From: Basidiobolus meristosporus CBS 931.73
Lineage: Eukaryota; Fungi; Basidiobolomycota
Direction: 5' to 3'
NCBI GenBank assembly: GCA_002104905.1
Contig: MCFE01000006.1
Span: forward strand, 62,001-126,000
Length of the DNA: 64,000 bases
Of the stretch, positions 25,400 through 37,375 are shown in pieces (positions within the stretch are counted from its first letter, which is position 1; every line of letters starts with the position of its first letter). The notes below the pieces were generated by a model. It saw only the letters and a program-made list of their open reading frames with translations, was not told where the DNA came from and made no database searches. A program made the position numbers and the translations under genes.

Positions 25400-26003
25400 T
25401 GTTTGTGTGTTACTAAAAGTTTTGGTGGATTCTGGATTTATCAATGCCCTGATTATCTCTATGCACGTGCGACCCTGCATAGCTCAAAGTGAAATGAAAA
25501 CCTGACTTCATTCGGAAATCCTTGCATGACTGATATTTCATATAACACATATAGTCATGGGACGAATAGTCAACTGACTAGGAATGGAATACACTTTAAC
25601 GACTAAATCTTCAGTGTGATCCATCGAGTAGTGAGTTTCTCAGTTTCTCCACTAACCCAAAAAGGGGTCACTCCACAGTAGGACAATAGCCCTAATAAAG
25701 ATGATGAATGGGAGTTCAATTATACCAGCAGCCTTTCAACAGTGTTTTGGACCTGACTCAAATATCAGGTTGATTCATTCCAAAGCACCTGGTACAGCCG
25801 GAAATGGCACCCCACAGACCGACTGCCACATCAAAAAGTTACCGGTTAGGCGCCATCTAATCGGAAGATCCGAATGGAGCTTGCGAACGAGTTCTGACCT
25901 GTTCAAATGGTCTATTGCCAATCTGGAGACACATCTTCACTTTCAATCCGCTTGGCCCTCTGACTTCTGTCATGCATGTCCAAGTGAATGCGCAGCGAAT
26001 TGA
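25400..26003 (+). mobile_element. Probable Ty3/gypsy pol relic (protease and RT start)
   Basis: LKVLVDSG (retropepsin DSG) near 25415-25440; weaker resemblance of RLIHSKAPGTAG and GRSEWSLRTSSDLF to RT N-terminal motifs; frameshifted. Confidence 0.4.
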
Positions 26004-27003
26004 CTCCTGCGGAATCACTCAAAAGCCCTTGAAAAGTCTCAAATAACGGCCAGTATTGATAGTATCGAGATCCTGGCTTGCTGCGACACATCAGCTATCC
26101 TGACAATTATTTTCGGATAAGACGGTATATGTGAACACACACACATGTATAGCATGCTGAAATTGCTATTGTACCAACCTGGTCAAGTTTTTGGTTCGAG
26201 ATCACAAATATCCCAGAGACCGTGGTAATCTGCCGAATGTCTATGTGTAGCAACCAGGTGACTAGTATAGCTTGTGGTATTTCGTATTTCTGATGTGTTG
26301 TATTCCTATGTAGTCACTTGATCGACCGTGGCTCGGGCGGCACCCGGGAAAAGTGCTAAAGCAGAGATGGGATGTGCCTTTATCCTTTGCTATGTGGTCT
26401 CCGTTGAATCCGTGGTCATGTACACTTAATTGGAACGGCAACGCCTATTAGAAATGATACCGGCGTGGCTCCGCGAGTCACCAGGCAAGTGGTGTAAAAC
26501 CGGTTTTAAAATTTGCACATACACCAAATGCCACATTTTTGCAATGATAAAGGGCTCTTTATATGATTTCACTCATTTTATTGGAAAAAGTTTCAACGAT
26601 GGACAGTACTGTACGTCATAGTGTATCATTCCAAGATTTGATCCAAGCTGGTCTAACACAAACCACTACTTACTACATACTTTGGATCAGAGCCATAGAT
26701 TAATGAATGATACATTTTGCCAATGCGCATTGGACTTATTGGTCGAAAGTTTCTCACGATTGGTTTCCGCGTCCTTACTGTATGGATCGATTTAGTCTGA
26801 CCTCTTTAATCCGGAATGAAGCAACTAGTATAACATGATGCAGATTTAACGTACGAAATAGGCAGTCAGTAAAGAGGTCGGTCATTGGTGTAAGGCCGGA
26901 TCCTATTCCATCTTACCAGAGTCTTAAGCTTCTAGACAACCCGCTATATAAAGTGCGGTGCTAATCGTGTAGATGGCGTGAATTCAATTATCGCATCCTT
27001 TGA

Positions 27004-27945
27004 ATGAGCTCTGAAACGGTTGAACAGTCACTTCTCAACACCAGTACCTCACTTGTGATTATTGGCCTCTCAATCCCTATTGCATTGGATTGTGCGTATA
27101 CCGCGACACGAATTGTCCTCAAGGAGACGGCGCTTGTCTATAAACTGAACTTCATGCAGACAATGGTCAGGCTAATCAACTGCATACTTGAAATCATACT
27201 CGAACTGAAAGTGAACAAAAATTGTGCTGTCATCGCCGTGCAGTACCATTCTACCGCATTCATCTCTCTGCTATGTATTCATCTAATCCTATATCTAAAA
27301 GCCTATCATACCTCCTTCTCTACCAAAATTGTAGCAATCATCTGCATAGGATTAGAGGGCGCTGAGGTATTCTGCTTAGCCCAGATGTTTTCTAAATTGG
27401 GGCAGAGCATATCCAAAGGCCAGTTAGGCGAATGTCTACTCGATTTCCCGAAAGAATATACGCTTGGAATGGTCTTGTGTACCACCTCAATCATGATTCT
27501 CTTGAGCTCCATTTTCGTCTACAACATCATTCGGTTGTCCCGGTTCAACAACAAGGGGGTCTATCGAGTCTTAGCAAGAGATGGTGCGGTGTTCGGAATA
27601 GTCATTCTGGTTTGCGATATTGTGATAGCTACTCTCGTTACTTTGGGCATCCAAAATACGTGGTATCTACTCTTTGCTGGATGTAAGTTCAATCTTTCAA
27701 ACTTCATATTTTTCATTCCATTCAAACCATGTCGATACTATCTAGGGACGATAAAAAGTAAATTGATGTCTGAAATGATGCTACTTACTCACAACAGACG
27801 TAAACGTGGATGGTCTTCCGAAGACAGCCCAGAGAACAACACAACCGGATTTTTCCAAGGAACACTTCTTAATGACCAACAAGACAACAGGAACAGTAGA
27901 ACTATTGAGCTAATCCCAGTATCAAGCTCTAAATCAGACTGCTGA
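27004..27945 (+). CDS. Orphan 7-transmembrane GPCR-like protein; one 63-nt in-frame intron at 27683-27745
   Basis: Seven hydrophobic segments after removing the GTAAGT..CTAG intron (FAG|WTIKSKL); polar C-terminal tail; no N-terminal ectodomain. Confidence 0.7.
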   Translation: MSSETVEQSLLNTSTSLVIIGLSIPIALDCAYTATRIVLKETALVYKLNFMQTMVRLINCILEIILELKVNKNCAVIAVQYHSTAFISLLCIHLILYLKAYHTSFSTKIVAIICIGLEGAEVFCLAQMFSKLGQSISKGQLGECLLDFPKEYTLGMVLCTTSIMILLSSIFVYNIIRLSRFNNKGVYRVLARDGAVFGIVILVCDIVIATLVTLGIQNTWYLLFAGCKFNLSNFIFFIPFKPCRYYLGTIKSKLMSEMMLLTHNRRKRGWSSEDSPENNTTGFFQGTLLNDQQDNRNSRTIELIPVSSSKSDC

Positions 27946-30360
27946 TGCCTAGTGGTACTGACGCGGCCACCAGCCCATATACAGAAGAATCGGCACCCAC
28001 CCAATATTCACGAATAATTTCTTTCGCGGCAAAGGGCTAGTTCATATGCGAGCAATTATGAGTTTTGCGTGACACGAATGACTTACGAGCTCAAAGGACT
28101 TCTCAACTTGCCAACAGAGATTGTTGTGTTTATGTTGCATTCAAATAATAAGCTATGATTCCTCCCTTTGCCTTGGAATGCCCAGTATATTTTGACCTCT
28201 ATATGAGAATCCACATGTACAGTCGTAAACTATCTCCAACTTGATTACAAATCCTCCTAATACCCAGTCAACCGCACAGTTTAGAATAAACTTCTCGGCA
28301 TGCAAATGACATTCTCAAATCGCAAACAGGTAGCAGTCAATATGAATAAACCACTGGGCAGAAGCCATACCGTATTGTAGCAATGAGTTTATGTATACTG
28401 ACAAAGCCATTCAATCGTTAACGAGTCTTGGAACCTGAGAAAAGTTCCAATGAATCTATGCAAGGTTGTGTCTGAATCGCTTCAAATCGGCAGTTACAAG
28501 TGCCGAAATTTCCCAGAGATCTTTAATGGCTAAAGATCCTGTCTTAGATGATAGATAATCTTAGATCAGAAGTAAGCAAAGCAGATGGATGAATTAGGCC
28601 AAATCCCGTCCTTCAATGCTGTATTCCCGAGTGGACTCGGAATTCAATCCTTGGTAGGTTTTCTCGGGTGAAACAGGTTTCTGATTTCCTAGGCGAGGAG
28701 ATCCCTCCTCGTATTTTTCGTTGATTCGGTAGTTTAATAAGATTCACACCTGACCCAGGTACATTATCAAGTTCACCCAGCTGGATTTCAGGTGTTACTC
28801 GAGCTTACCAAATCAGTCAATGAGCCAAGGACCAAACGCACTGAGGCACATGCGTTGAATTGATGGCGCTATCCACAATGCGTGCCGATCCATACATCAG
28901 AACTAAATAGAAATTTCGAGTGATTGGCAGTGTTGAAGTCAGAAACTTTTAAATCTGTCAACGAGGAGTTCAGATGCTACCATGATTAGTGAGGTACAAC
29001 ATCTAGATATCCCCCCTTACGTTGTGCGTCTGATAAGTACCTAGATAACCTAGATTTTGTATCCCTATAGGCTAGATAACAGGAGATAAATCCTTCATTG
29101 TATAATTCATTATGTCGAAAGTGCCATGTCCCGCAGGTAGTTTACAAATCGCTTTAGCTTTGGTAATCTCTTGGCTCATGAACATAGAATAACGAGAGTG
29201 CGATACAATGTGACTAATGTGACATAGGCTAGATATCTGTCTTAGTGGTCAATAAACTACCCCAACAGAACCTTTCCAAGAAAGTACCTTCTGCCAGTCC
29301 TATTTTTTTGTCCCAGCACAAGAATAGTCCTAGCCGTGCACCAATTTTAATTCATGAACTCAAAACATCAAACGAGATGGCACATTTTTTATTCGATACT
29401 CTACGTATTACATCCTCATTACAAAGTGAAGAGGTCACATCCATATGAATTCCAATCAACAAGCTATCCCATGGTTACGAAAAAGCGCCCCATATTTACT
29501 GAGGGCATGATAATGTGTTCTTTATCTAACCTATCACTTCACAGATAACGCCTGAACAATACTGAGTAACATTGGCATTCCATTTTGTGCATTTACACCG
29601 TGCCTAAATATAGAGGGATTGCTAGACAATGAATTGTGGAGCCGAGATACTTTTACACATCCGGTTTCGAAATTTTGGCTTGGCGTTTACCATAACATGC
29701 GACGCTTAGTATATCCTCACATCTTAAAGAAATTTGAAGCATTAGTCCATTTCGTGTCATATCAGAAAATATTGGTTATGAGGCGTTCAAGTAACCCAAA
29801 TTCTGTTGCAATTTATAACTCCCCAACTCCGATATAGTATTCAAAATATGTCACAAAAATGAATATTGAATTTTACTTCATGTGCAATTAAGGGCAAATC
29901 TAATGATTTGCGATCTGGACCATACTCCGCCCTCTTATCATTCTATTCGGTATAGTCGTAATGAAATCATTTCATGGTGGGGGCTAATCCATGCACAAGC
30001 CTGAAAACTCTGATGACTCTACAGATTTGGTTTGACATTTGCTGATGTATTGAATCAGTGAAGCTCAACATATCGTCAAGTTTCTCGGACTCATCTGAAA
30101 GTCCCAACATTTTGTATAGCTCCTGCTTGAAACTTTCTTGAAGCGCTTTTCTCCTTAGCATCTCAACACTCTCCTAATGGTTTGAATACACTATTTGAAC
30201 ACAATAAATCAATACTGGCTGATAATATGGAGTTTGTTACGTCAAAGCTTCCAGTGTATGACAAGCTTGGGTGTAAAACTAGTTAATGTCAACACAAAAG
30301 CATTTCCAGGCTTACGCATTGCTACTAGGATGCAATGCACTTATCAGTGGGCGTACCAAC

Positions 30361-33300
30361 CGTTGTAAGAGCTCTGGAGATCTTGGAAGTGATTGGGAGA
30401 GCAAATACATTAAGTGGTTTCACTTAATGATTTATTGAATGAAAAAGTAATATTTACACCTTTACATGGCCTTGGGGAAAAAACATGAAGAATATGCTTA
30501 GGAAGGTCTCAAGAGCATGTGTGCAAAGTGTGGGATGTTTGGACAACTTTGAGAAATTCCATGTTCCTGGTACCTTATGTTTTGATCAATATATTGCAAG
30601 TAAATTCCAACAAGGTGTCTGGTCAGAGTTCTCTAAGATATGTAGGTAATGATCTAAATGACCAAGCTAGGAGAGTATTTAGGTGTAAGTACAAGATTTA
30701 CAATGTTTCCACTAGCTAAACATTCATGGTAACTAGTCCTAACCATGATCTAAGATATTGAGATTGTCTCTAGCTAATGGTCTGGTAAAATGTATGCAAT
30801 CATTTCATCTGTTGGACAGTATACGGATTTGACTAAGTTATTCCCTATAGCTTCCTGTATCTAATGATATCTAATATATATGTGCTTAATTCCATCATGA
30901 AAAGTTGAATTTCTACCTAATGTATACATCTTTGATTTTGTTGAAATATTTTAATGGGGGCTTTTTGAAACAAGTTCAAGTCTTTAAACAGCTTTCTTAG
31001 CCACATTGCTACTTTTAGTGCCTCACAGGCTGCTGTATTCTCTGCCTCTATGGCTTCCAAACTTCATGTTTAAGTGGCATCAGATTATCCCACATGATCC
31101 TGCTCTGAATCCCTCCAGGTATACCTTGAGCAGATATCTGCAGTTCCTTTTAAATATCTAATAGTCTGCTTAACTGCTGTAATATGATTAGATTTATAGT
31201 TCTGATTATGCTGGCTGACAGTTCCCACTGAATATGAGATATCTGGACATGTTCCTAGCATGAGATACATCAGACAGCCAACCTTGGGCTGATATAGGAA
31301 GTCTGGGCTTTCAGATGGCAACAAGCCCTCTTGATTTTGTTGAGTTTTGTCCAAGTGATGGTTTGGCTCTATAAGGGTAGCAGCCAGTTGACAATATTGC
31401 ATTTGGTACCTCTCAAGTATATCACAAGTGTACTGGGACAGGCCTAAGGTGATAGTTTGGGTACTTCTCTCTAAAGAGGACTGTATCCATAAATAGTAAC
31501 TGAGCTGTCCTAGATTGGACATTTTGTGCTCCTTGGATAGACTTCACTTAGTCTGTTTCAATGTTTCTTAGTTATTGGTGGATGTATTAATATCATCCAT
31601 GGGTAATACTAATAGAGCTGGACTTGCTCTTTCTGGCTTATAGTAGGTACAATACTCAGTTGCACTTCTCTGGAGACCCAGGGATTCCAAATATGAATCT
31701 AGCTTGTATTCCAGGCCCTTTGTGATTGTTTGAGATGATATAGAAATTTTTGAAGCTTGCACACCAAATGGGGGGCTAGATTGGTTGGCAAAACCATCAG
31801 GCTGGTCCATGTACACATACTTATCAAGTCCCCTGCTCAAAAGTATAGTTTACATCCATCTGATGACTAAAGAACTTATATTTGGCTGCAATAGCCAGTA
31901 ATAGTGAGATAGAATACAGCTTGGCTACTAGAGCAAAGGCTTAAGTATAATCCAGTCCTTACATCTGAGAGTCTCCATTGGCTGTATGGCATGCTTTGTA
32001 TCTTTCAATTGTACCATTAGCCTTATGATTTGGCATAGAGACACATATATGTCCAATTGATATTTGGTTGATTAGTAATTTGACCAAGTCCCAGCTCTGA
32101 CTTTCCATCAGGGTCTGATATTGTTCAGTTACTGCAGACCTCCAAAACTTTGTCTGAGGGCAACTTAGAGTCTCTTTTACTGTCAGAAGCCTGTAAATGT
32201 GGACTAAACTGGCATAGGATAAGTGTGTGCCATTATTCACACAACAATTTGGGCAATTTCAGATCTGGTTGGATCTCCTGGTTTGTGATACTGGAATACT
32301 AACATCTGGGATATTCCAGGGCACTGATTTAGGCTGAATCATGGTGGTAGAGTCTTCTGGAGATCAGGAGTACTCTATGTCTTGCTCAGATTCAATCCTA
32401 ACTAATGGTGAATTTGAGTTTTGATCTTTGCATCATTTAATATCATTTTTGCAAATATTTTGCTTTTTCTTTAGACAGCACACAACTGGACTTGAACAGC
32501 TGCTTTACTTTGCTTTGGAAACACTGTCTGCCTTAATCTCATGGCAATAGCCCAAAAATAGGAATTTTGCACTTTTTGGCTCATATTTTGACTGATTTCC
32601 AGGCAGTGTCTTGGCATTTGCTGTGCAACCAAATATTCTTAGGTACCCTGCACTTGGCATATATCCATACCATACCTCAAATGGAACAGAACCACAAAGC
32701 ACTCCGCAATAACTCCCATTCTTAAGATATACAGCAATACTGACCAATTCCACCCAAGAATTGTAGAACAATTATATCACAGACCATAGATCTTGGCATA
32801 TCAATGATTGATCTGTTTGCACATTGTGACACTTCATTTTACTGTGGGGAGTAAGGAATAGTAGTGTATTGCTTTATCCCATGAGTATGGCATAAGTGGA
32901 TGAGGAGTTTAAGGTATGAACTATACAATTGCAGAGCATATTTTCTTGATATTTTCACCAGTTTCTCTGTCCATCCTGACTTTGAGCTCCCTGACCGTAG
33001 ACAGGGCTTCTTTCTCTCTCTCCATGAAGTACACCTGCATCTATCTTGTGCAATCATGAATAATGAGATTTAACAATTCATTACCTAAGGATAAATTTTG
33101 CCTTTGTCAGCACAGATGTGAGTGATTGGATCTAGTTTTTTCTTAGTTTTGTTGAGCCCAGAGCTATTGAACAGTTGTCTGGCTTGTTTCCTATATATGC
33201 AGGCTTCATAATCCTCCAAATTAGTGGGGGATCAATTTTTGCTGCAGAAATTGGCTGACTTTTAATAATTTTACTCAAATAATCAAGTTGATATAGACCA

Positions 33301-33638
33301 GTATAGTGTTATAAGAGTCTTGGCAATACTGGAAGTGTTTGAGAGAACAAATAGATTATGTGGTTTTCAATGAATGATTTATTAAATGTAAAAGCAGCAT
33401 TCATACTTTTACATGGTCTTGGCATAACAAACATGTAGAATAGGTTTAGGAAGGTCCCAAGAACATGTGTGCAAGGTTTGGGGCTGTTTGGACAACTTAT
33501 CTAATTTTCATGTTCTGGGCAAATATTCAAAGTAAATACTAACAAGGAATTTGGTCAGTATTCTGCATGATTTGTAGGTAATGATTTAAGTAACCAAGAT
33601 GGGTGAATATTTGGGTGGAATTACAAATTTTTACAAAA
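30361..33638 (-). mobile_element. Decayed Ty1/copia retrotransposon: LTR D (33307-33638), GAG-pre-integrase/integrase, RT, RNase H, LTR C (30361-30705); gag/protease absent
   Basis: EACIYRKQARQLF (~33200), IKQYTTIPYSPQ, AVYLKN..VPFEVWYG..LRIFGCTA..KYEPKSAKFLFLGY, GTIERYKA, VYMDQPDGF, LMYLMLGTCPDISYSVG..AVKQTIRYLKGT, RNase H AACEALKVAMWLRKL..YCPTDEMIA; many stops and frameshifts. Confidence 0.92.
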
Positions 33639-33956
33639 GATAGTACCATGCATTTTTGTGACATGTTACAAACCTCTGCAGCTAGATTCAGAGTGCCATG
33701 TGTATTGAGTACCAAATGCATGTTTCCAGTCTCTCTGTGCTCTTACTCATTATGCACAATATTGCTCCCAAAAAAAAGGTTAAAAATGAATTTTCTATGG
33801 CATAGGCTCAAACACTGGGGCTGCTTTGCATAAAGTGAAGAACTATGCCTCACAGTCTGTGGCCAGATATTGGTCTGCTATGCCTCTCTGGCACACTATG
33901 GCACTAATTGGCACTCATTGCTCAATGGGGCACTCTCCAGTGGAATAAGTCCAAGA

Positions 33957-34229
33957 ATTTGTTAAATATAAGAGTAGTATTTATACCTTTACATGTTCCT
34001 GACAAAATAAGAATATACAATGTGTTTAGAAAGCTCAAAGAGTATGAGTAAGAAGTTTGGGGCTGTTTGGGCAACTTTCAGAAACCTCATATTGCAGTAC
34101 CTGATATTTTGGTGAAATATTCTATGTGAATCCCAATGTGGAGTTTGGTCATAATTCTCTGAGATTTGTAGGTAATGATCTTGGTGACTAATTTAGGTGT
34201 CTACTTAGGTGTAATTACAAATTACAACA
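33957..34229 (-). repeat. Degenerate copia LTR, copy E (3'-truncated)
   Basis: Reverse strand begins TGTTGTAA at 34229; shares GGGGCTGTTTGG(G/A)CAACTT and TTTGTAGGTAATGAT blocks with copy D and close variants with copy C. Confidence 0.72.
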
Positions 34230-34259
34230 CTTTCTTCACTGTAAAGGGGCAATTTATGG

Positions 34260-34975
34260 AATTCAACAAAGCAACCAAATGTAGCACTTTGCACTACTGA
34301 GAGAGAAAATATGGCAGCCTGTGAGGCTAAAAAACAGAATTATGGCTAAGAAAGCTTGTTAAAGACTTAGGCATAGGTCAAAAAGGGGCTACTACATTAT
34401 TTCAAGATAAATAAGGATGCATACAACTAGGTAGAAATCCAACTTCTGATACTATAACTATGCACATTGATATTAGACATCATTTAATACATGGGCTATA
34501 GAGAATAACTTAGTTAGCTTAGTGTACTGCCCTACAGATGGGATGATTGCAGACATATTTGCCAAGCCAGTAGTTAGAGACAAGCTTGAATATCTTAGAT
34601 CCCAATTAGGACTAGTTAATATGAATAGTTAGTTGAGTAGTATTATTGTAAATTATCTAATTACACCCGGATATTCACCCAAATCAGTCACTTCAATCAT
34701 TACCTACAAATCTCAGAGAATTCTGACTAAACTCCTGGCTGGGATTTACTTTGAATATTTTCACAAAAATATCAGTTACCAAGAACATGAGATTTCTAAA
34801 AGTTGTCCAATCAGCCCCAAGCTTTGCACACATATTTTTGGGACCTTGTTTTGTTTTCCAAGACCATGTAAAAGTATAAATACCACTTTACATTCAATAA
34901 ATGTGCATGGTTTACTTATGAATATCTCAAGAATGTCCCACTCTGTAATTGGCATATATTTATTTCTCACAACAA
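34260..34975 (+). mobile_element. Copia RNase H fragment followed by LTR copy F (~34644-34975)
   Basis: ..MAACEAKK..LWLRKLVKDLG..MHIDIRHH..VYCPTDGMIADIFAKP..LGLVNMNS* (frameshifted), then TATTGTAAAT and the LTR core AAGTTGTCCAATCAGCCCCAAGCTTTGCACACAT. Confidence 0.85.
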
Positions 34976-35474
34976 TATCATGTAGAGGGGCTCTAAATCG
35001 GCAGTAACATTGAAATTACAGCAGAAATAAGTTCTGAAGTTAATTGATGTGACAAGTCGAGATACCTCAAGAGTGTTTTCTACCTGGTACTAGCTGCAAA
35101 GATGACTAGATATGAGAGGATGGTTTAGTAGCGTAGAGGAAATCTATGCCCAAATGTAGAAAGACGAGTACAACGATTTTCCGTGTGAACCAGAAGTCCA
35201 GGTGATTGATTTCACAAAGTACCGTCAAAGACACAATTCCCCATTTTCAGTTGATAGAGGCTGTAGCAAATTTGACTTGCATCAGTAACAAGGGTATTTT
35301 TGGTTGTGGTAGTAATTGCTGGCATTAATCATTTGACTGACATTTTATATATATTATCCACTATATTCAATCTTATATTCAACTTTCGGGTAGCAATGGG
35401 GGTCTTTGACTTTACTATTTCGGGTTCTGACCATCTGTAAAACTAGTACAAAGGGGGCTATGTATATGATACGC

Positions 35475-36794
35475 TCAGCATCTCAGAAGCCTGGCTGGTG
35501 CAAAAGCTTGACTCAACCAGATATCAAGGCGTTAGCTAGAGTAATCCCAGGTATGTCAGTATATATCTAGTATGTAGATTCTGCCTCAGGGATGACTGTA
35601 ATCACTTACCAAAACCAATCTGTTTTCTTTCACAATCGAATATACTGTAATACTTCCTTAGAAATACCACTCCAAACACCCATTGAGGATACTCGTGACT
35701 GTCTTCTCTGAATACAGTCTTACATTTACCATCGGCTTCATTGATATATTCCGCCGGTCCAAGATCGTAACCCCTTCCTCTAATAATGAAGTGTAAAGTC
35801 GGTAGGTTGTGTATGCTGGAGCATTGGATGTGGCCTTTTCTGTCGGCTCCAATTATTCGATGAATCTGGTTGATATGATGCTTGGGTCCAACTATCATGG
35901 ATGACCCAGAATCAATCAATATTGAATAATTGTCGTTCCAATCCACTATGGAGGAGGCACCGAGATAGACCTGGTCTAAAGGTATCTCCCACTGACTCGG
36001 GTTCACAACTGGTACCCAATGAATTGGTCCTTCGAATGCTAAATGGTCGTAACCTCCAAAAGTAATAGAGCTGTAGCCGGTGGTTTCTTTGAGCGAAAAT
36101 GCAAAGATCGGTCTTAAGGATGGATACAAACGAGTGATGGACTGTATTGGCCGTTTATCAACTAGGGGATGTGATTAGCACTCTGCGCTGATAAGATGGT
36201 GGAAAATTGATGCTACTGACGTGCCACTGAATTGAGGGGTGAGCCTAAACCGAATACACCATCAAATCGGTAGTTTCGAAATTCTTTGGACAACTCAGTT
36301 GCTTCAATGATTGGTTGCGGATATATCTTCAATGAGCCCAGATGTACAATATCTTGGCCTAATATCCCGGTGATTTTCCCACGCGCGTACTCTAACTCTA
36401 CTGGATTGTCGAGGAATTCGTACGTTTGGGACAGGGATGAGTTGAAGGCATAGGTTCTGTTGCCACCTTCTGGCAGAAAAACACTAGGAACCCAAAGATC
36501 TGCGGACCCAGTATCAAATAAGACATTGATTGGCTGAGCTGGGGTTCCTAAAGCCACATCGTTATCAGAAAGCTAATGTTGCACAAAGGATAAACCCAAC
36601 CACATACCTACTCCAATTCGACCATAGTACTACTCAGCTAAATATTAGTTACATACAAATAGAATAGGAAAAATGGCACTTACATAAAGGTTATTACGAT
36701 TGGTTAGAGGAACAGTTACAATGGTAGATAACGGTCTACATAGAACAACCCAACTAAGCTCGGATAGAACTACCAATTTCCGCCAGAGAGACAT
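35475..36794 (-). CDS. Secreted pepsin-like aspartic protease (family A1), multi-exon; last exon uncertain
   Basis: Hydrophobic N-terminus; VPLTNRNNLY|YYGRIGV|GTPAQPINVLFDTGSADLWVPS; FDGVFGLG; ILIDSGSS; WVFGVVFLRKYYSIFD..QIGF. Confidence 0.92.
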
Positions 36795-37375
36795 ATCAAA
36801 GCAACTGTTTGGTGAATAGCAAAAACTCACGGATTGTATTTATAGCTTGGTTGGCCTCATATCTTTGACTTGTCATAACGGTTGATAGAGCTTAACAGAC
36901 AACTTCAAAGCATCATGTTTCAATAAACTTGACTTATATTGAGAGGCCGGCTTGGCAGTGGTGGAAGCTTCGATTGGCAATATAATGATAATATTGATGA
37001 TCAGTGTACATATTTAGTCGCTAATGTATAGTCAATTGTATTTCTCCATATGGCGTTTCAGCATAAAGCTCGAGAGATAAGAGCGAATAGGGACTGTCAG
37101 ATAAGAAGTGGGAGTTTGCATTGCTTTTATTTGTTGAGAGCCTAAAGTGAAACGCGAATATTCTTTTTTTCTTTACTGTATGATGAGATTTCATCATTAA
37201 GTTTAATGCCAATATAAATGCAATCTGGCTTTTTCATTACACAGAGAAATTCCTATATCAACACACTATCTGTCGCCATCCTCACTACTGTAGCTGACTT
37301 CTAATAAATTCTCAACTGACCCTTGGATCTCTTGTCTGGGCTACTCTAGTCATTGTTCCGGCACCAAACAGAAAG

